Shown here: positions 59,393-64,000 of the stretch, in pieces | How positions within the stretch are numbered: the stretch's first letter is position 1 | Layout: every line of letters starts with the position of its first letter | NCBI GenBank assembly: GCA_963662795.1 | Contig: OY759746.1 | Coordinates: 1,152,001 to 1,216,000 of the forward strand | DNA from: Spirochaetia bacterium | GTDB taxonomy: Bacteria > Spirochaetota > Spirochaetia > CADAEX01 | Direction of reading: 5' to 3' | DNA: 64,000 nt | Program-made: the position numbers and the translations under genes | The notes under the pieces: model-generated | Seen by the model: only the letters and a program-made list of their open reading frames with translations | What the model was told of the DNA's origin: nothing | Database searches by the model: none

Positions 59393-61569
59393 TTTTTATT
59401 AAATACTGATTCCATTGTAAAAATATCAGTAAGAACTTCTCTGGTTACCGCATACAAAGGGGGAATCCCCTCAAATGCGTTCATACCGGTGGAAAGCTGG
59501 TTTTTAGGGCTGGCAGGAAGGTCCGAAACATAATAATAAAAATTCATCGGGATGTTATCTGCAATAAGGCCGTGCTGCCTTGCCTCAATTATCTGCCTTA
59601 AATAATAAACCCCTTCCATTTCAAGTCCTATACAGTCCCAGATGTGTCTGTAGAAAGAAAGCATCATGCTGTTCTGAAACAGGGTGCCGTCCACAGTCAG
59701 CATAGGTCCTCTGTATATTTTAGTTTCAGCAAGCCTGTTTTGTAAACGATTAATTGTTTTAAACGCCCTGTTTTCAACTGGAAGAAAAAGATCCTCCGAC
59801 TGCCCGATAAAAGCGTCAGGAAGAAGTATATCTCCCCTGTTTCCAAGCAGCGCGCCCGCCTTTCCCAGAATATTAATGCTGCCGAGGTTTTTCCCGAACT
59901 GCAGAAGAAGGTTTCTCATAATTTCAGAAGCCTGCTCACCGAAAGCATAATCAATATTAAGTATCAGCGACTTCGACCTTGCAGGGATTTCAGGAAGGCC
60001 CGGGTCAATATTCTTATTTACAAGCTTGCACAGGCTGAAAATCTGAACCCTGATTCCTGTTGATACGGTTCTGTCAAGCTTGATAATGCCATCCGAAATC
60101 TTGATGCTGCCGGGGTTTTTCTCATCTTCCTCATCCAGAAAATCCCTTGAAAGCGCATACAGCATATCATGCCGGTTGTGCCATTTCTTTTTTGCAACAG
60201 GGTGTCTGTTCTTTTCTCCCCATGCAATAATCTCTTCCATTCTGTCAAGCAGCGAGGAGTTAAGACAGTTTATAACCGAGTGTGTATTGCTGCTTATAAT
60301 ATGGACTTTTATATGCGAAGGAAGTTCATTGGCCTTGAATCCGGTGAGTTCCCGCACAGCGTCGCCTATCTGGGTGAGCCACATTTCAGAACGCCTTGTA
60401 TTATAAAGCTCGAGCTGTCTTTTTATGACAAGATGGAAAATACCGCTGTGCAGAGCCGCCTGATAAAGGTATTTAACAGTATCCTCAGGCCATGCAGTTT
60501 TAAGGCCTGCAATCTCACTGCCGGAGAACGGAAGCGTTTTCAGAAATTCTGAATCACTCTTTTCCTTATCTTTTGGAGAAAGCTGATTTTTTGATAAATG
60601 ATTTTTAATTGCGAGCAGAATCCTGTGCTCCGAAAGGCGTGTCTTTATTTTTTCCGCTTCAACTGTTAAAACGCACAGGCATGTAATAAGATCAAGAAGG
60701 TCTGTTATTCCCGGGCGGTAGAGCATCATTGTCTGGCCCGGCATCATCTTCCAGCACCTTCTCCGCCTTGCAAGGGCAGGAGAGGGATCAAAAAGCTTCC
60801 ATGGTTCAGGTATGTGTTCATAAAGCTCATCAATAAGTACATATATAAAGTTTTCAGTTACATTGCCGGGAAGCCGTTTTATGGCATAATCAAGCGCCAG
60901 GGTGTCAACAACCTCGCTGTTATTGATATCAGTATGCAGAGCCGGCTCCATCTCGCGGTAGAAAGGGATAAGGTCCCTGATTTCCATGCTGCCTTTGTTT
61001 ATGCCCTGGAGAACTTCGGATTTGAACCGTTCAAATGCGGCAAATATCCCCTGTTTATTTTTCAGGATTGTACTCATTGCTTTTGAAAAAGCTTTTGATG
61101 AGTGTATAAGCTTTCTGAAGTTCCGGCCTGTTATGGTGTAGCACTGAACATCAGAAAGAGCCCTGACAGTATATATTCTTTTTTGGTTAAAGATTGCCGA
61201 GCGTTCCCCGAAATAATGTCCCGAAGTAATTACATTTATCCTTACAGTCCCGGCGGCCCTGTAATCTATAGTTTCAACAGCCCCTTTTTTTATTAAAAAC
61301 ATGCTGTCTTCAGAATCGCCTTTGCTGTATATTGTCTCTCCCTTGCGGAAGGTATATTCCCTTAAATCCTTGATAAGTTTCTTTTTTTCAGAAGAAGAGA
61401 GGAAGCGGAACGGAATAACCCCTTCCAGCAGTTCAATCGCAGCATCACTTCCCTGCCTGCGGTCCGGTTTATCCTTTTTGCCGGCGGCTTTGCTGTTTAC
61501 CCTGTGGCTTGCGGCACCGGCACTGCCTGTATTTTTGCTGAAGGCAGTATCCTTTGATGTGCGACCCAT
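59389..61569 (-). CDS. cNMP-binding domain + DUF6909-like (nucleoside phosphorylase/nucleosidase-fold) protein
   Basis: cNMP cassette YFGERSAIFNQKRIYTVRA; C-terminal HIISSNTHS, DYAFGEQA, LGKAGAL..GD, GLEMEG and YVSDLP. Confidence 0.75.
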   Translation of the reverse strand: MGRTSKDTAFSKNTGSAGAASHRVNSKAAGKKDKPDRRQGSDAAIELLEGVIPFRFLSSSEKKKLIKDLREYTFRKGETIYSKGDSEDSMFLIKKGAVETIDYRAAGTVRINVITSGHYFGERSAIFNQKRIYTVRALSDVQCYTITGRNFRKLIHSSKAFSKAMSTILKNKQGIFAAFERFKSEVLQGINKGSMEIRDLIPFYREMEPALHTDINNSEVVDTLALDYAIKRLPGNVTENFIYVLIDELYEHIPEPWKLFDPSPALARRRRCWKMMPGQTMMLYRPGITDLLDLITCLCVLTVEAEKIKTRLSEHRILLAIKNHLSKNQLSPKDKEKSDSEFLKTLPFSGSEIAGLKTAWPEDTVKYLYQAALHSGIFHLVIKRQLELYNTRRSEMWLTQIGDAVRELTGFKANELPSHIKVHIISSNTHSVINCLNSSLLDRMEEIIAWGEKNRHPVAKKKWHNRHDMLYALSRDFLDEEDEKNPGSIKISDGIIKLDRTVSTGIRVQIFSLCKLVNKNIDPGLPEIPARSKSLILNIDYAFGEQASEIMRNLLLQFGKNLGSINILGKAGALLGNRGDILLPDAFIGQSEDLFLPVENRAFKTINRLQNRLAETKIYRGPMLTVDGTLFQNSMMLSFYRHIWDCIGLEMEGVYYLRQIIEARQHGLIADNIPMNFYYYVSDLPASPKNQLSTGMNAFEGIPPLYAVTREVLTDIFTMESVFNKN

Positions 61570-61629
61570 TTTTATCCCTCCTGTCTGGTGACCGGATTTT
61601 CCTTATGCCTGCGCGGGAAAACGGGAGTA

Positions 61630-62118
61630 CTAGAATTTATATCCGAATTTCCTGAGCATTTCCTTCCGCGCCTGTTTATCTCCGGAATTCTCAACTCCTG
61701 CAGGAGAAGATCCGTCGATAACCCCCATAATCCCTTTCCCCTGCCCTGTTTCCGCTGTAATTACCTGAAGAGGATTAGCGGTAGCCGCAAAAACAGAAGC
61801 TACTTCGTGGCAGTTCTTGATCTGGTTTAATATATTTATCGGAAAAGCATTTTTTATCAACAGCACAAACGTATGCCCCGCGCCGATTGCAAGTGCGTTA
61901 TCTGATGCGGCCTTAACAAGTTCTTCTGAATTACCTTCTGTTCTTATGAGGGCCGGGCCTGAAGCTTCACAGAAGGCAAGACCGTATTCAACGCCCGGAA
62001 CACTGCCGATAACAATCTCGGCAATATCTTCCGCGGTTTTTATAAAATGCGACTGCCCTAAAATCAGGTTAGCCCCTTCGGGAATTTTAACCTGAACCGC
62101 ATTTAATCCAACATTCAT
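61630..62118 (-). CDS. Adenosine-specific kinase family protein (DUF355)
   Basis: ILGQSHFIKT, GLAFCEASG, AGHTF, ATANP and GVIDG motifs. Confidence 0.88.
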   Translation of the reverse strand: MNVGLNAVQVKIPEGANLILGQSHFIKTAEDIAEIVIGSVPGVEYGLAFCEASGPALIRTEGNSEELVKAASDNALAIGAGHTFVLLIKNAFPINILNQIKNCHEVASVFAATANPLQVITAETGQGKGIMGVIDGSSPAGVENSGDKQARKEMLRKFGYKF

Positions 62119-62136
62119 AACAGTCCTCCTTCCGTT

Positions 62137-63843
62137 TTATTTCTGCCCGCTGAGCTTCATAACAAGATCAAGGTTGATTTCACAGGCTGCACACGGCATC
62201 TGAATACTCCAGTTTTCAAGCACCTGGGGTGATATTTCCCCCATTATGCCAATTTCCCTGTCGCCCAGAACAACCTTTGCACATCTTCCGCTTATAAACC
62301 TTGGATCGTCAGATTCTTTAAGGACATAATCGGCAGAGATATAAAACATTACTGCGGACAACTGTGAACTTACAAGATTAAAACCGGCATCCTTATCTGC
62401 AGAAAGAAATCCAAGCGAGTTTATAGTCGCGACACCGTAATTATCATCTTCATCCCTGACTCCTGTCTTGCCGGCCTCGAATATCCTGTGGGGATAAACA
62501 GCATTTCCAGACACTGCCTCGGAATTAAGAAGTGAAGGGAGAATTGAAGCCCTTAAGTATTCATAGCTTTCGCTCATCGGGTTTGCGATCCTGACAATTT
62601 CTGTCCCCTTTATGTTCATCTTCTCGATATAGTCTTTCCCGGATCCAAGATAGTTATAAACCATCTCCTGAAATCCGAGCCCGACCATTATATTTTTGAT
62701 TCTTCTTCCGAATAAGGTTTCAGGAGTAAGTTTTCCCATAGTAAAGTCATCCGGCATGACCGGTTCGAAGTTGGGAAGCCCCTTTCCTATCATTATATCC
62801 TCAATTACATCAACGGGGTGAAGAAAATCATTCCTGTAAACAGCGGGATATAATGTCAGCTTTGACCCGCTGACTTCTATCCTGCATCCGAGTTTTCTTC
62901 CAAATGCAGCGGCCTCCTCCGGAGTATATTTTTCACCGAGAAGTTTATTTACATAGGAAATATCTGCCGTTAACGGCTGCTGAAAATAAAACGGGGCTGT
63001 AACCTCTCTCCCAAGCGGAGTGTCATAAGGGTAGATCGTCTTTACCGGAAGTATCTCATATCCTGCGTCTGAAAGGTCGCAAGCCACTATCGCTGTCGCG
63101 ATCAACAGCGAAAATATATCAGTCCCCGTCATTTCGACAAAAAGCTCTTTGTCCCCTTCAAGTACAGCGCCGATATCGTTGCTGTTGATTACAGGAGGAA
63201 GACTTAGTGTTTTCCCATCATTATCAGTTATATAAGGATATCTGGGGAAATCAGCAATTATGCCCCCGTATTCCTGGCCCTTGGGATGTTCTTTAAGTAT
63301 TTCCCTGAGAGTGAGTTTTTTTTCAAATCCCAGCGGAACAAATCCTTCCTTATCAGGGTCGGCGGCAAAGTAGCGGACCGGAAATTTAAAAATATCGCTT
63401 CGGTAAACACCCATAGCGATGGCTTTTCTCTTTTGTCCGTAGTTCCAGCACAGCTTTTCCTGTGTCTGTATGATATCTTTAAGGGAAGCCTCATCAATAC
63501 CTTCTCCCTTAATTGCGAATCCGGCAATAAAAGGTCTTATATCCTTTAAAGCAGGGTCTACTGTTATTGATCTTCCGCCTGAATCCAGAATTTTTTCCGC
63601 TGTTGAGAAAAAGCTGTATTCATTTTTCCCGCCTCCGATATAGACACGGAGCTGCCGTGCAATTCCTGCTGTTGACCAGAGATCGGGCCGGTTTGTGTCG
63701 TTAAGCTCAATTTTAAGGATATCATCTTCCCTGCCGTCAAATTCAGCTTTTGCGGCTGAAAGCAGTTTTACAAAATCATCTCCTTCGACCCTTTTCCCGA
63801 TATATTTATAAAGTGCGTCTTCGTATACTTCAATTTTAGGCAT
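62137..63843 (-). CDS. pheT: Phenylalanine--tRNA ligase beta subunit (short, archaeal/eukaryotic type)
   Basis: NDTNRPDLWS, LSLPPVINS and RNDFLHPVDVIED motifs; 568 aa. Confidence 0.95.
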   Translation of the reverse strand: MPKIEVYEDALYKYIGKRVEGDDFVKLLSAAKAEFDGREDDILKIELNDTNRPDLWSTAGIARQLRVYIGGGKNEYSFFSTAEKILDSGGRSITVDPALKDIRPFIAGFAIKGEGIDEASLKDIIQTQEKLCWNYGQKRKAIAMGVYRSDIFKFPVRYFAADPDKEGFVPLGFEKKLTLREILKEHPKGQEYGGIIADFPRYPYITDNDGKTLSLPPVINSNDIGAVLEGDKELFVEMTGTDIFSLLIATAIVACDLSDAGYEILPVKTIYPYDTPLGREVTAPFYFQQPLTADISYVNKLLGEKYTPEEAAAFGRKLGCRIEVSGSKLTLYPAVYRNDFLHPVDVIEDIMIGKGLPNFEPVMPDDFTMGKLTPETLFGRRIKNIMVGLGFQEMVYNYLGSGKDYIEKMNIKGTEIVRIANPMSESYEYLRASILPSLLNSEAVSGNAVYPHRIFEAGKTGVRDEDDNYGVATINSLGFLSADKDAGFNLVSSQLSAVMFYISADYVLKESDDPRFISGRCAKVVLGDREIGIMGEISPQVLENWSIQMPCAACEINLDLVMKLSGQK

Positions 63844-63845
63844 TG

Positions 63846-64000
63846 TCAGCTACTCCTTCTTCTCAGCCTTAGGTGTTCAATATCACTTGTAAAAAGTTCC
63901 CTCAAATCATTAAGCCCGAGAGACATGAGGGCCATCCTGTCTATTCCAAGTCCCCAGGCCAGCACCGGGACATGTATTCCGAGCGGCTCGGTTACTTCCG
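63846..64000 (-). CDS. pheS: Phenylalanine--tRNA ligase alpha subunit, 3' end (partial)
   Basis: Manual translation [50 protein letters not shown] (motif 3); stop at 63846-63848. Confidence 0.92.
   Translation of the reverse strand, partial: EVTEPLGIHVPVLAWGLGIDRMALMSLGLNDLRELFTSDIEHLRLRRRSS

Noticed and set aside
53163-61569. Canonical Pycsar/CBASS anti-phage system
   Set aside because: The cyclase is a membrane sensor type, it is separated from the cNMP protein by three genes, and there is no defence-island or mobile context. Retained only as a signalling hypothesis.
1-64000. CRISPR array, tRNA, rRNA, prophage, integron, intein
   Set aside because: No regularly spaced repeats, cloverleaf/T-loop motifs, integrase or transposase ORFs, or oversized housekeeping genes were seen by eye. 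A dedicated scan was not possible.

Overview
Gene-dense bacterial chromosomal window, most likely from a spirochaete (archaeal/eukaryotic-type short PheT, E-C-A-B-D-I-K V/A-ATPase operon, stand-alone EF-G, carD-ispDF). It is mostly housekeeping: a Na+-type V/A-ATPase, amino-acid ABC transport, rex-serC-serA, radA, tkt, rpiB, gdhA, leuS, fusA, thrH and pheST. No rRNA, tRNA, CRISPR array or transposase was seen. Items the ORF track misses: a probable Na+-sensing riboswitch with terminator in front of a PTS-IIA-domain gene at the left edge; a Rex operator; an 18-aa hydrophobic sORF with its own promoter and RBS; a TTAA-flanked MITE-like insert inside carD-ispDF; several probable leaderless genes; and an ATT-start gene. 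The best candidate for an undescribed system lies at 50.9-62.1 kb. There a cNMP-binding/nucleosidase-fold (DUF6909-like) protein is co-transcribed with an adenosine-binding DUF355 protein and a two-component phosphorelay, close to a class III cyclase that lacks the ATP-specifying lysine. A second candidate is the receiver + PEP-synthase-N + His-domain protein divergent from gdhA. All family calls come from motif recognition without database searches.
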